Shown piece after piece: positions 27,148 to 37,754 of a DNA stretch of 64,000 bases. Origin of the DNA: Candidatus Bathyarchaeota archaeon (GTDB lineage: Archaea > Thermoproteota > Bathyarchaeia > Bathyarchaeales > Bathycorpusculaceae); NCBI GenBank assembly GCA_963775685.1, contig CAVZJV010000014.1, forward strand, positions 1,184,001-1,248,000. Direction: 5' to 3'. The notes beneath the pieces were generated by a model. That model made no database searches. It was not told where the DNA came from and was given only the letters and a program-made list of their open reading frames with translations. Positions within the stretch are counted from its first letter, which is position 1; every line of letters starts with the position of its first letter. A program made the position numbers and the translations under genes.

Positions 27148-29276
27148 TATTGTTGCTCCATGAATTTTTCTGGTTTAGGAACTTCGGGTGCTAAGCCTTT
27201 GCGCCTCCGCAAATCAGCAATAACCGCTAAGGATAGTTTTTTGGGCATCTTTTCCCAGTGGTCAAAGAATGTTTGCCAAAATGCCCGCCCTGAAGTTGCT
27301 GATCGCAAATCTTTTGAGAAGCCAAAAGTTTCTGAGACGGGAATAAAGCCGCTGATTGTGGTCAGGAGCCCTTTTTGTTCGAATAGGATGACTTTTCCGC
27401 GTCTTGTGTTTAGGATTCTTGAGGATTCCCCAGATAGTTCGGTGGCGACGGATATGATTATTTTATAAATAGGCTCCAAAAGGAAGGGGTCAGCAGTTAG
27501 GAAGCTGCCGAACACTGCTTTGCTGACACCATGCATTATTTCTGAGCCTTCAACTTCGTTGATGCACTTTTGTAAATCCACAAGGCGCACCAACAAATGC
27601 CGCACCGGTTCCCCGCAGAGTGGACCCGCCCTGCAAGTATACTCGAACCCCGCAATAATTGCTTCCAATTCTTCTTCGGAAACCGCTTGGGTTTTGGCGC
27701 TACAATCTAAAAGCACATTCCGATGCTCATCAACCGAAAGAACACTGACCGAACCCTCCTCAGCATAGGCATTGGCTTCTTCGCTTTCAGGCATAACCTG
27801 CACCCAAAAATAATTCTGCTTATTAGGGCTCTTTCCCAAGGCTACAACTCCTTCTTTCTGCACGCTTTCCATGTAAACAACTCTTGGCGAGGAGACTTCA
27901 ATTTCGATGCCACAAAGGCTCTTTAACTGCTTTAGTGCAATTTCCAAATGTAACTCACCCATCCCGCTTAGAAGATACTCGCCCGTTTCCTTGTCTATTG
28001 CCAACTTTAGGTTCGGATCTTCCCTTGCAAGTTTTTCAAGTGCCTCGAGCAAAGCCGGAAGATTCTGGGGGGTTTTAGGTTCAATCGCCAAAGTTACTAC
28101 AGGCTCAGAAACGTAACATATGCCCTCAAAAGGCACCATATCCTCTTTATGTGCCACGTCAACAAGAGTTTCTCCAATCTTGACCGTCCCAGCCAAAGTT
28201 AACGAAGCCAAAAGACCAGCTGAAACCTCACCGACTTCTTCCCTAAATACGCCCATTTCAATGTAAACTTCTATTACCTCAGTTTCAGCTAAAGCGCCCA
28301 CAAGATGTAACCTGGTGCCTTCGTTAATTTTGCCGGAAAAAACTCTTCCAGTTGCAATCGTGTCACCATTTAAGTCAGAACGCACATTTGTAATAAAAAG
28401 AACGGCTGGTCCATCATCCCTACAATTAAACAGCGCATCGCCAATCTTGGAGTTGATGTTTCCTTCCCAAATCTTCTCTATTCTGTACGCTTGAGCTTCT
28501 CGCGGGTTCGGAACCACCTTGATGACCATTTCAAAAACTGCTTGGTAAACTGGCAATGCATTTTTCAGTTTCTCATGCTCACTGTTAACGTAGGCTTTTA
28601 TTACGTCTGAGAACTTGATACCTTGCTGTTTTGCCAAGTTCATGGTGAACCCCCAACCATGCAAGGCTGAACCGAAAGCTACGTTGCCCAGTGAACCAGC
28701 AATTTTCCATTGGTTCTTGAACGGGGGATCTGCGTAGAGTTCGATGAGGTCGTTGAATCTACTGATTATGTTGTCGAGTTTTTTTTGGATTTGCTCCTCG
28801 TTTAGCTGCAACTCAGTTATTAGACGATCTACTTTGTTGATGAAGAGAACTGGTCTGACTCGCTCTTCGAGGGCTTGTTTTGTGACGATTTCGGTTTGCG
28901 CCATGATTTCTTCCACGGCATCAACCACAACAACTGCGCCGTCGATAACTCTGATGGCTCTGGTGACTTTGCCCGTGAAATCCACATGCCCCGGAGTGTC
29001 AACAAGGTTTATGATGTAGGGTATGCTCGCGGCTTTGTAGAGAAGACTAATGTTGGCTGTTTTTATGGTAATTTTACGTTTCATTTCTTCGTCGAGATAA
29101 TCCAGCACCCTTGCCGTCCCTGCCATCTTGGTCGACAACAAACCTGCCCCAGCTAGCAAGGAATCAGCAAGAGTGGTTTTGCCATGATCAATATGTGCAA
29201 TGATGCCTACGTTGCGGATTATCTCTTTGTTGCTCATTAACTGCTGGATTTCCTGTATTTGTTTGAACCGCGGCAT
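27147..29276 (-). CDS. elongation factor 2 paralogue (aEF-2p-like)
   Basis: AHIDHGKTT, DTPGHVDF, NKVD, GMGELHLE, LRSATSGRA; no HRG diphthamide motif. Confidence 0.9.
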   Translation of the reverse strand: MPRFKQIQEIQQLMSNKEIIRNVGIIAHIDHGKTTLADSLLAGAGLLSTKMAGTARVLDYLDEEMKRKITIKTANISLLYKAASIPYIINLVDTPGHVDFTGKVTRAIRVIDGAVVVVDAVEEIMAQTEIVTKQALEERVRPVLFINKVDRLITELQLNEEQIQKKLDNIISRFNDLIELYADPPFKNQWKIAGSLGNVAFGSALHGWGFTMNLAKQQGIKFSDVIKAYVNSEHEKLKNALPVYQAVFEMVIKVVPNPREAQAYRIEKIWEGNINSKIGDALFNCRDDGPAVLFITNVRSDLNGDTIATGRVFSGKINEGTRLHLVGALAETEVIEVYIEMGVFREEVGEVSAGLLASLTLAGTVKIGETLVDVAHKEDMVPFEGICYVSEPVVTLAIEPKTPQNLPALLEALEKLAREDPNLKLAIDKETGEYLLSGMGELHLEIALKQLKSLCGIEIEVSSPRVVYMESVQKEGVVALGKSPNKQNYFWVQVMPESEEANAYAEEGSVSVLSVDEHRNVLLDCSAKTQAVSEEELEAIIAGFEYTCRAGPLCGEPVRHLLVRLVDLQKCINEVEGSEIMHGVSKAVFGSFLTADPFLLEPIYKIIISVATELSGESSRILNTRRGKVILFEQKGLLTTISGFIPVSETFGFSKDLRSATSGRAFWQTFFDHWEKMPKKLSLAVIADLRRRKGLAPEVPKPEKFMEQQ

Positions 29277-29365
29277 CGTAACCCCTGTAGGATAAGTTTA
29301 TGTTGGAACTAAAGGTTCCTATTAAATTAAAAGCTTAATGCTTCATCACTAAGGACCCATAAAAT

Positions 29366-30133
29366 TTGAACCTCCTCACACCCACAACTATACCTGTCGA
29401 AAGGCTCATCGAGGAACCCTACGCCTCAATTGTTTGTTACCCCAGAACACACCACGCTGAAATCCAAAACCGAATAGAGGAACTAAAGCAACTCAATGTT
29501 GAAGCACTTGAATTCTCAGGGAAAACCTCGGCGGCTAATGTTCCTGTCCTGGGCAAGGGTTATGTCGGCGTTGTTGTGGTTGGGTATGTTTGCGGGGTAA
29601 GGGTGGCTTTGAAGATGCGTCGCATAGACGCTGATCGAATCAGCTTGGAACATGAAGCAGAACTGCTCATCAGGGCCAATAACGTTAACGTGGGACCTAA
29701 ATTCTTGGATGTCAGTAAGAATTTTCTTTTGATGCAGCTAATTGATGGCGATTTGCTTGAGGATTGGCTTGAAACCCGAAGGGATAAAGAGCTAATTCGC
29801 ATGATTTTGGCTGAAATTTTGGAGCAGTGTTGGCGGCTGGATGAGTCAGGTTTGGATCATGGGGAACTAAGCAAAGCACCCAAACACTTGCTTGTGGAAA
29901 AAGCTGACAAGCCTTTCATTGTTGATTTTGAAACCGCTAGCTTGGAACGTAAGGTGATAAACGTTACGTCGGTCTGTCAATTCCTGTTTATGGGAAACAG
30001 CAGAGTGGCAAAGAAGTTGGAAGAAGCTTTCAGTAAAAAGAACAGGGTGGAATTGATTGCAGTCTTAAAAAATTTTAAGAAAAATGCAAATAGAAAAAAC
30101 TTTGAAGGCCTAGTCGAGATGTTCCTTTCATAA
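29366..30133 (+). CDS. archaeal RIO/Bud32-like Ser/Thr protein kinase
   Basis: LGKGYVGVV, VALK, HGELS, IVDFE. Confidence 0.85.
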   Translation: MNLLTPTTIPVERLIEEPYASIVCYPRTHHAEIQNRIEELKQLNVEALEFSGKTSAANVPVLGKGYVGVVVVGYVCGVRVALKMRRIDADRISLEHEAELLIRANNVNVGPKFLDVSKNFLLMQLIDGDLLEDWLETRRDKELIRMILAEILEQCWRLDESGLDHGELSKAPKHLLVEKADKPFIVDFETASLERKVINVTSVCQFLFMGNSRVAKKLEEAFSKKNRVELIAVLKNFKKNANRKNFEGLVEMFLS

Positions 30134-30136
30134 TGT

Positions 30137-31222
30137 TTAGGCCACAATGTCTTGCAACCGTTTCTGCTTGATTGCTTCTTTAAATTCCAAAGCTATGCGT
30201 CTGCCCATGTACATGTTCTCGCCATACTTGAGGTAAGCGTAGGGGGAGGTACCGATGCCAACGTTGGTTCCTGCAACGATGCGTGCGCTTATTTCGAATG
30301 TGTAGATTTTTGCTTCGTCTGTGATGACAGTTTCGAGGCAGAATGGCCCGATGATTCCTGGTGGAGCGAGTTCGCGGGCTTTTTTGTGGACATTGTCGCC
30401 CATACGCATGATTTCCGGGAGCAAGGATTCGCGGAGCACTATTGGGAAGTTGCCAACTACAGTGTAGGTGGGGTTTATGTCGATTTCGAGCTGTTGGCAG
30501 GCTGGGATTTTGCCTATAGAATCCACGGCGGATTCATAGCGTCTGTCCATGGCAAGCAACTCAACTTCGTCGTTTAGGATACTGCTAAAGTAGCTGGGGT
30601 AAACGTTAACGCCCAATGCGTACTCTTGGAGATGTATATTTGATAAATCATCTTCTTCTAACATACCGCGTTTGACCATTTCGTTGAATTGTTTGTGGAA
30701 GTTCTTGGGTGAGTTTGCGAGGAAGTAGCCTCTGCCGCCTTTGGCCCCTTGAAGTTTAGCGATTATTAGGCGGTCAATATCTTGTGGCGTTTTGAATGTT
30801 GCGGGAAGTCGGAGCCCCGCTTGGCGTAGCCATTCTTCTTGGGATTTGCGGTTTGCTTCCCAACGGAGAAGTTGACGGTTACCAAACATGGGAACGTAGA
30901 GACTGTCAGTTAACTCTTCTGTGCTCAGGTATGCTGTGAATGAGCCATGGGGAATCAAAACCACGTTTAAATTGCGTAGCTGCTCCTGCAATTTCTCCGT
31001 GAGCAACTCTGTGAAGTCTTTAACGATAATTAATTCATCAACCAAAGGATATTTCTGATACATTATAGCATCTTTTTCTTTGCAAATACAGACGGTTTTG
31101 AAGCCTTCTTCTCTGGCACCCTTGAAAATGTTAAGCGAACTATGTGAGCCCAAGGTGCCGATGGCGAGTTTTTTCTGATCATATTTACCTATGATTTTTC
31201 CAACATCTGTGCTTGTTATCAT
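30137..31222 (-). CDS. purP: FAICAR synthetase
   Basis: GSHSSL, GAKGGRGYF, GPFCLE, FEISARIVAGTN. Confidence 0.92.
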   Translation of the reverse strand: MITSTDVGKIIGKYDQKKLAIGTLGSHSSLNIFKGAREEGFKTVCICKEKDAIMYQKYPLVDELIIVKDFTELLTEKLQEQLRNLNVVLIPHGSFTAYLSTEELTDSLYVPMFGNRQLLRWEANRKSQEEWLRQAGLRLPATFKTPQDIDRLIIAKLQGAKGGRGYFLANSPKNFHKQFNEMVKRGMLEEDDLSNIHLQEYALGVNVYPSYFSSILNDEVELLAMDRRYESAVDSIGKIPACQQLEIDINPTYTVVGNFPIVLRESLLPEIMRMGDNVHKKARELAPPGIIGPFCLETVITDEAKIYTFEISARIVAGTNVGIGTSPYAYLKYGENMYMGRRIALEFKEAIKQKRLQDIVA

Positions 31223-32319
31223 GTTACCACTTCGACAAGCCTGTGTTTTCTGATTGCGCGTTTAATTTCCATCGCCACCCGTTTGCCTGGACCGACCTCT
31301 ATGCCGTACTTGTATTTCATGTAGGGTGAAGTTGGCTCGACACAGGGGCAGCCTGGTACGCGGGGGCTAACGTCGAAAACTTTGAATTCCAAATCTTTGG
31401 TTACGGCGCCTTGGAGCGCAAAGAGTCCAATCATGCCTGGAGGGAACTCTTTTTTGCAGATTCCTACGAAACGTTCGGCGGCTTCGAAGATTTTTTCCAG
31501 TTGGCTCTCCCGCATTGTTGCCCCCATGTGACCGATTTCGATGTTCTGTGTGGATATATTGAGTTCAAGCTGTTCTTTAGCTGGTAGGTCAAGCACACCG
31601 TCCAGGTCAGTTTGGATTCGCCTATCGAAGCCGAGCAAGTCGATATCGTCGGTTAAGGGTGACCAGAAGTAGTTGGCGTTGAATTTGGCGCCGATAACGT
31701 ACTCTTCAATTACGGATTGGTTGAGGGCTTCATGGGTTATCATTCCTGCTTTTATTCGTTTTTGGGCCTCTTGCTCAAACTCTTCAGGTGTTGAAGCATA
31801 AAAAAATGCACGTTCAATTGCTCGGCCCTTCTCTGCAACTTTCACAATAGCCGGGCAATCGATATCGGCTGGGGACTGGAAGGCGCGGGGAAGTTTTATG
31901 CCTGCTTCTTTTAAGAGCCAAAGCTGATTTTTTGGCGCAGTGCGTTCCTCGGTTTTAAGCAGGTACCTGTTTCCCATCAAAGGGACAGCGAATTTCTGTT
32001 CGATTGCTTCATAGCCTGCGTACACGCTAAATGAGCGGTTTGGAACAAAAACTGCGTTTAGGTCGGTTAGCTGCTTTACGACCTCAGGGGTTGTTATATC
32101 TGAGAAATGGTCTAGGAATATGAAATTGTCAAATATGTTTCGGTAGTAGCGGGCATAGGTTTTTTCTCGCCCGTTTTGACAAACAACAACAGTTTTGAAG
32201 CCTTCCTGTTTGGCTCCTGAAGCAATCTCCAATGCGGAGTGTGAACCTAAGACGCCTATGTGGATTTTCTTTTGGTCGTAATCGGCGATAGTTTCCTTAA
32301 TTTTATTTTTCATCGTCAT
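31219..32319 (-). CDS. PurP-like ATP-grasp paralogue
   Basis: GSHSAL, PNRSF, ERAFF replacing the GGRG loop, FDVSPRVPG. Confidence 0.88.
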   Translation of the reverse strand: MTMKNKIKETIADYDQKKIHIGVLGSHSALEIASGAKQEGFKTVVVCQNGREKTYARYYRNIFDNFIFLDHFSDITTPEVVKQLTDLNAVFVPNRSFSVYAGYEAIEQKFAVPLMGNRYLLKTEERTAPKNQLWLLKEAGIKLPRAFQSPADIDCPAIVKVAEKGRAIERAFFYASTPEEFEQEAQKRIKAGMITHEALNQSVIEEYVIGAKFNANYFWSPLTDDIDLLGFDRRIQTDLDGVLDLPAKEQLELNISTQNIEIGHMGATMRESQLEKIFEAAERFVGICKKEFPPGMIGLFALQGAVTKDLEFKVFDVSPRVPGCPCVEPTSPYMKYKYGIEVGPGKRVAMEIKRAIRKHRLVEVVT

Positions 32320-33374
32320 ACTTTTTCACCCATATATGTCATGTAATCATCAATTACTTTGGCAAGTTTTGGAGTATCAAATAGTGAAATATTCGTCATC
32401 TCGTTGGCAACTGCCATGTACATCTGGCTGATGACCGTTTTAAGTTTGGGGTCAAGTGGGGATGGCTTCGACTTGCATAATGATTTCCAGTCTTGAATTC
32501 CCCGCGATTCTGCATCTTTTTTTGCTTGCTCCAAATCGTTATACCAAGTAGTTTTCTTGTAGAATTGCCTAGCGACCTCTTTGCTGACGTGTACGCCCTC
32601 TAAAGTAAAACGGCATTCATCAAGGGTTCCCAACACGTCGACAAGCATAAGTTCTCTTTTTTCGTCAAAAGCTAACTCAATTTTTCCATCTTCATTCTTC
32701 AAACCTGCGTTTGAAGCGGCCTTTGTGATGGTTTCATCCGCTTTCAGCAATACACCTTTAACGTCGACAAGTTCACTGTCAGTTAAGGATGCGATTTTCT
32801 GTGCCTCTGTCCACGTGACGTAGCGGTCAGTTTCTTCCAGTTTTGTGCTGACATCGAAGATTGGTTTTGAGAGATTTTCGCCTGGTTTAGGCTGGTGGTC
32901 TAACCCAAGGTCTTTTAAGGTCACTTTTCTCTGGGCCAATCGTTTAAACACAGAAGAGCCTTCGGGTAAGCCATTACGGTAGATGATTTCAAGCGGGATG
33001 AGACAGTTTTTCAGTGGTGAATTATAAATACTGTAGTCATGCACAATTTGGCCATTTGTCACCGATGTTTTGGGTCTATAAACGTTAACCAAAGCAACTT
33101 CCATTGTGTTTGAGGGCTGCTTGAGTTCGGCAACTCTTACAGCCTTGCCTTTGTCGTTGACTAAGCCCAAATAGTGAGTCTTAACCCCAATCGCCTCAAG
33201 TTGTTCAAAGCAGTAAGCACCCATCAAGCATAGAGCGGCGCCTTTGCCGTCAATATGGTCAGGCATTTCTCCCCAGTCAAAAACGCTATAACGATCCGAA
33301 AAGAGGAATCTACCTGTGCCCATAGTTGTTTGAGTTGGTTTCCGGAGTACTTGTAGGTCTTTTACGCTGCCCAT
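32316..33374 (-). CDS. purC: SAICAR synthetase
   Basis: GSVKDL, FSDRYSVFD, STKLE, DGKIE, GTLDECRF. Confidence 0.93.
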   Translation of the reverse strand: MGSVKDLQVLRKPTQTTMGTGRFLFSDRYSVFDWGEMPDHIDGKGAALCLMGAYCFEQLEAIGVKTHYLGLVNDKGKAVRVAELKQPSNTMEVALVNVYRPKTSVTNGQIVHDYSIYNSPLKNCLIPLEIIYRNGLPEGSSVFKRLAQRKVTLKDLGLDHQPKPGENLSKPIFDVSTKLEETDRYVTWTEAQKIASLTDSELVDVKGVLLKADETITKAASNAGLKNEDGKIELAFDEKRELMLVDVLGTLDECRFTLEGVHVSKEVARQFYKKTTWYNDLEQAKKDAESRGIQDWKSLCKSKPSPLDPKLKTVISQMYMAVANEMTNISLFDTPKLAKVIDDYMTYMGEKV

Positions 33375-33784
33375 ATTGGTTGCCTCAAATTCGTGGTAGT
33401 TATTTGTTTTTGCCCTTATATCGCTTTATCTGCCACAGCTTCAAAATCGCTGTTTTGTTTTCCGTCTTTTCTTGTCAACGTTCGAAAAAACAAAGCATTC
33501 TAAACAAACGACGAATTAACAAAATGGCAAGTTAGCAAATGTTGAGTTTAATGTAAGAGACAAAGGTCTCACTCGAAACCATTTCGTTTCAACATGGAAT
33601 TAATACACCTTCACATATTGGGCTCAAGAAAAAGACGCAGCATGGAAAAGATAGCGCGTTTTTTGTCATAAATAGAAACAGGGAAAAAACATGACTATCT
33701 TGGCTGAAACTTTATCTATTGGATATTGGCTTTCTTGAGTAAAAGGACTACAAGTGCCTAAATTAACTGTCAAGGTTAAAATTT

Positions 33785-34348
33785 ATGACTGAGGCAGCAT
33801 CAACCCCAACCCAAAAAAGTAACCCACCCATAAAAGCTTCCGAAATTGATCCTAAGTTCAAGTATGAACTGCAGAAAATTCATGGAAGCGAAAAGATTCT
33901 GAAATGTTTCCAGTGCGGAACATGCACATCCGATTGCCCAGTTGCACGCTTCAGCGACAGTTACAGGCCACGAACGCTAATACACATGGCGCAACTTGGC
34001 TTAAAAGACCGCGTATTAAACAGCGACACCTTATGGCTATGCGCAGCATGCTTCACATGTACAGATCGCTGCCCTCAAGATGTGGAGGTAGCAGCTGTAA
34101 TACGTGTGTTCCGCAACCTAGCCGCAGAAAAAGGCTGTTTCCCACAGGTCTTCAAAGACCAAGCCTCAAGCCTACTAGAATCAGGTTACGCCTACAAAAT
34201 CCCCGAACTCAGAATAAAGAAACGTGAATCCCAAGGGCTCCCACCCCTTCCTAAAGGCAACCCCGAAAACATCAAAAAAACTCTCAAAGGCATAAAATTC
34301 ATAGAAAAAATACAAAAGCCTCAAGGAGAAAAAGCAAGTGGGCAATAA
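33785..34348 (+). CDS. hdrC: heterodisulfide reductase subunit C
   Basis: CFQCGTCTSDCP and WLCAACFTCTDRCP. Confidence 0.92.
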   Translation: MTEAASTPTQKSNPPIKASEIDPKFKYELQKIHGSEKILKCFQCGTCTSDCPVARFSDSYRPRTLIHMAQLGLKDRVLNSDTLWLCAACFTCTDRCPQDVEVAAVIRVFRNLAAEKGCFPQVFKDQASSLLESGYAYKIPELRIKKRESQGLPPLPKGNPENIKKTLKGIKFIEKIQKPQGEKASGQ

Positions 34349-35228
34349 ATACCTAATATTCCTCGGGTGTGCCATTCCATACAGAGTTTCTGGCTACGAG
34401 ATTTCCGCACGCAAAGTCCTCGGTAAACTCGGTGTTGAACTCGTTGAGATGCCTGAATTCAACTGTTGTGGTTTACCTTTAGACCCAGTTAGCCATGAAA
34501 CCATGCTCATTTTGGCGGCTAAGAACTTGGCGTTGGCGGAACAGCAGGGCTTAAACATCTTGACTTTGTGTCCAGGCTGCGCTGGAACACTAAAGAAAGT
34601 TAACAAAATCCTAAAAGCTGACAAAGTCCAAAGAGAAGAAATTAACGCTCACCTAAAGGAAACAGGCTTAGAATTCAAGGGAACCATCGAAACCAAACAT
34701 CTTCTGCAACTCTTAAAAGAAGATATTGGCTTAGAAAAAATCAAAGCTTCAGTTGTTAAGCCGTTGACAAACCTCAAAGTAGCTGAGCATAATGGTTGCC
34801 ACATCTTAAGACCTAAAGAATACATCGGTTTTGATGATCCTGAAGACCCCCAAACGCTTAAAATGCTCATAGAAGCGACAGGAGCCACTTGCCTAGACTA
34901 TATCGATGAAACCGAATGCTGTGGAGCACCCAGCGTTGGCGTAAGCGACAAAGTGGCATTGGCATTAGCAAAAGACAAACTAAGCCACATAAAACAGGTT
35001 GAGGCGCAAGCCTTAATCACGATTTGTCCGTTTTGCCATATAATGTACGATACAAATGAGTTGCGCATAGAGAAACTATTTAATGAAACCTATGGAATTC
35101 CAATACTTCATTACCCACAACTGCTTGGATTAGCGATGGGTATGTGTCCTGAAGAGTTAGCCTTCAGCGAACTTCGAGTAAACGCATCAAACCTATTAAA
35201 ACAAATAATAGGAGCAAACAAACCATGA
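34338..35228 (+). CDS. hdrB: heterodisulfide reductase subunit B
   Basis: Two CCG domains (FNCCG..CPGC and GCH..ECCG..CPFC). Confidence 0.93.
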   Translation: MGNKYLIFLGCAIPYRVSGYEISARKVLGKLGVELVEMPEFNCCGLPLDPVSHETMLILAAKNLALAEQQGLNILTLCPGCAGTLKKVNKILKADKVQREEINAHLKETGLEFKGTIETKHLLQLLKEDIGLEKIKASVVKPLTNLKVAEHNGCHILRPKEYIGFDDPEDPQTLKMLIEATGATCLDYIDETECCGAPSVGVSDKVALALAKDKLSHIKQVEAQALITICPFCHIMYDTNELRIEKLFNETYGIPILHYPQLLGLAMGMCPEELAFSELRVNASNLLKQIIGANKP

Positions 35229-36214
35229 GCCAAAACAAACTAAAAATAGCCTTCTACTGGGCTGCAAGCTGCGGCGGCTGCGAAATTGCCGTCTTAGACA
35301 TAAATGAGAAAATCCTCGATGTAATAAAAATCGCAGACATAGTTTTCTGGCCAGTAGCCATCGATGTCAAATATAAAGACGTTGAGGCACTCCAAGACAA
35401 ACACATCGACATAACATTCTTCAATGGCTCAATCCGGAATTCAGAACAAGAACACATGGCTAAATTGCTTAGAGCAAAATCTAAGACTCTTGTCGCTTTC
35501 GGCTCATGTGCCCACGAAGGATGCGTTCCAGGCTTAGCAAACCTAAATGACAAGAAAGAAATTTTCGAGCAAGTCTACATAAAAGACAAATCAAACGTCA
35601 ATCCCCAAGCTGTCACTCCTAAAGCTCAAACTCAAGTTAAAGAAGGCACCCTTACAATCCCCGAGTTCTATGACACTGTAAAGACATTAGCGCAAACAGT
35701 CGATGTTGACTATTATCTTCCAGGTTGCCCACCTCCAGTTAAACTAATTGCGGCAGCAGTTGATGCAATTGCAAGCAACAAACTCCCACCTAAAGGCTCA
35801 GTTCTGGCTCCACTCAAGGCAGTCTGCGACGAATGCCCAAGAAAACGCGAAAACAAGAAAATTGACAAAATCTATCGTGTGTACGAGAAAACGCCTGAAC
35901 CAGAAAAATGCCTGATGGAACAAGGCATAGTTTGCATGGGAATGGCAACAAGAAGCGGCTGCGGTGCACAATGCCTCAAAGTTGACATGCCCTGCACTGG
36001 CTGCGGTGGCAAGGCACCAAGCGTGCCTGAGCAAGGTGCAGCTATGATAACTGCGCTTGCTTCGATTCTAGGTTACGATGGTGTAGAAGGAAAAACCAAG
36101 TACACTGAAGAAGAAATTGAAGAATTAATGAACCAAATCAAAGATCCAGTCGGCACAGTATACATGTACAGTTTACCGGCTTCCATATTGAAGAGAAAGG
36201 TGATTAAAAAATGA
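35225..36214 (+). CDS. mvhG: group 3c [NiFe] hydrogenase small subunit
   Basis: ASCGGC, FGSCA, PGCPP, VCDECP, CMGMATRSGCGAQC..PCTGC. Confidence 0.92.
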   Translation: MSQNKLKIAFYWAASCGGCEIAVLDINEKILDVIKIADIVFWPVAIDVKYKDVEALQDKHIDITFFNGSIRNSEQEHMAKLLRAKSKTLVAFGSCAHEGCVPGLANLNDKKEIFEQVYIKDKSNVNPQAVTPKAQTQVKEGTLTIPEFYDTVKTLAQTVDVDYYLPGCPPPVKLIAAAVDAIASNKLPPKGSVLAPLKAVCDECPRKRENKKIDKIYRVYEKTPEPEKCLMEQGIVCMGMATRSGCGAQCLKVDMPCTGCGGKAPSVPEQGAAMITALASILGYDGVEGKTKYTEEEIEELMNQIKDPVGTVYMYSLPASILKRKVIKK

Positions 36215-37665
36215 AAGAAATAATAATAGACCCAATCACACGTCTTGAGGGACATGGAAATGTTTCCATATTCCTAAATGACCAAGGTGAAGTAGAAAAC
36301 GCTTACCTAAAAATCCCTGAGCTTCGCGGCTTCGAAAAATTCTGCATCGGTAGAAGAGCCGAACTCATGCCTCAACTTACAACCAGAATTTGCGGTGTAT
36401 GTCCCGTTGCTCATCACTTTGCAGCAGCCAAAGCATTAGATGCAGCATTCAACGTTGAGCCACCTGCCCCGGCAAAGAAACTTCGAGAACTCATGTACAG
36501 CGCATACTTCATCTATGATCACACTTTACACTTCTATTTCCTAGGTGGTCCAGACTTCGTTGTAGGACCAGATGCGCCGCCAGAAAAACGCAACATCCTT
36601 GGCGTAATCGAGAAAGTAGGCATCCCCATTGCATCAGAAGTCATAAAACACCGCGCTTATGGACAAAAGATAACTGAAATCCTCGGCGGAAAAGCAACCC
36701 ACCCTGTCTGCGGTTTGCCAGGCGGAATCTCCAAGCCCCTTAACGAAGAGAACCGCAAAGAAATCGAGAATATGGCGTCTTCATGTGTTAACTTTGCGCA
36801 GTTCACACTCAAACTTTTCCATGATGTTGTTTTAGGCAATACCAAATACGTTGACCTTATCAAAAGTCAAGCTTACACCATGCCAACTTATTATATGGGC
36901 ACAGTTGACGAAAACAACAAAGTTAACTTTTATGATGGAAAAGTCCGTGTTGTGGACCCATCTGGTAAAGAATTCTTAAAGTTTGAATCAAAAGACTACC
37001 TTAAACACATTGGTGAAAATGTAGAAGAATGGACCTACAGCAAGTTCCCATACCTAAAAGCAGTTGGCTGGAAAGGCCAGGTTGCTGGCGCAGATAGCGG
37101 AGTTTACAGAGTTGGTCCACTTGGACGCCTAAACGCATCCGACGGTATGGCAACACCCCTTGCACAAGCAGAATACCAAGAAATGTACAAGACCTTGGGC
37201 GGCAAACCAGTTCATAGCACACTCGCGTTTCACTGGGCAAGACTCATCGAACTGCTTTACGCCACTGAAAGGGCAATGGAGCTTGTTAAAGACCCCGAAA
37301 TCACTAGCACAAACGTTCGCAACACACCAGGCGAACCAGGCGAAGGAGTAGGCATCGTTGAAGCGGCGCGCGGCACATTAATTCACCACTATACACTCGA
37401 CAAAGAGGCACTTGTCAAAGACGTAAACCTAATTGTTGCAACAACCAACAATTACCCTGCTATCTGCATGAGCATTCGTGACGCAGCAAAAGGTTTAATC
37501 CATGGCGGGAAAGTCGACCAAGGCATACTAAACATGGTTGAGATGGCTTTTCGAGCATACGATCCATGCTTTGGATGTGCAACCCACGCTGCAGTTGGAC
37601 AAATGCCATTAACCGTTGAAGTCTTCAACGCACAAAAGCAGTTAGTCAGCTCTATTAGTCGGTAG
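36211..37665 (+). CDS. mvhA: group 3c [NiFe] hydrogenase large subunit
   Basis: TRLEGH, RICGVCP, EAARG, RAYDPCFGCATH plus a C-terminal extension. Confidence 0.95.
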   Translation: MKEIIIDPITRLEGHGNVSIFLNDQGEVENAYLKIPELRGFEKFCIGRRAELMPQLTTRICGVCPVAHHFAAAKALDAAFNVEPPAPAKKLRELMYSAYFIYDHTLHFYFLGGPDFVVGPDAPPEKRNILGVIEKVGIPIASEVIKHRAYGQKITEILGGKATHPVCGLPGGISKPLNEENRKEIENMASSCVNFAQFTLKLFHDVVLGNTKYVDLIKSQAYTMPTYYMGTVDENNKVNFYDGKVRVVDPSGKEFLKFESKDYLKHIGENVEEWTYSKFPYLKAVGWKGQVAGADSGVYRVGPLGRLNASDGMATPLAQAEYQEMYKTLGGKPVHSTLAFHWARLIELLYATERAMELVKDPEITSTNVRNTPGEPGEGVGIVEAARGTLIHHYTLDKEALVKDVNLIVATTNNYPAICMSIRDAAKGLIHGGKVDQGILNMVEMAFRAYDPCFGCATHAAVGQMPLTVEVFNAQKQLVSSISR

Positions 37666-37754
37666 TTGGCCCTTTTTTCCTCGGGCAATTTATTTCTTGT
37701 TTTTAATTCATGATAAATCTTATTATTACTCGTTATTGAATAAATCCTAGTTAT

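Noticed and set aside
36211-37665. Selenocysteine or split VhuU-type hydrogenase
   Set aside because: The DPCFGC motif is intact with Cys codons in a single ORF
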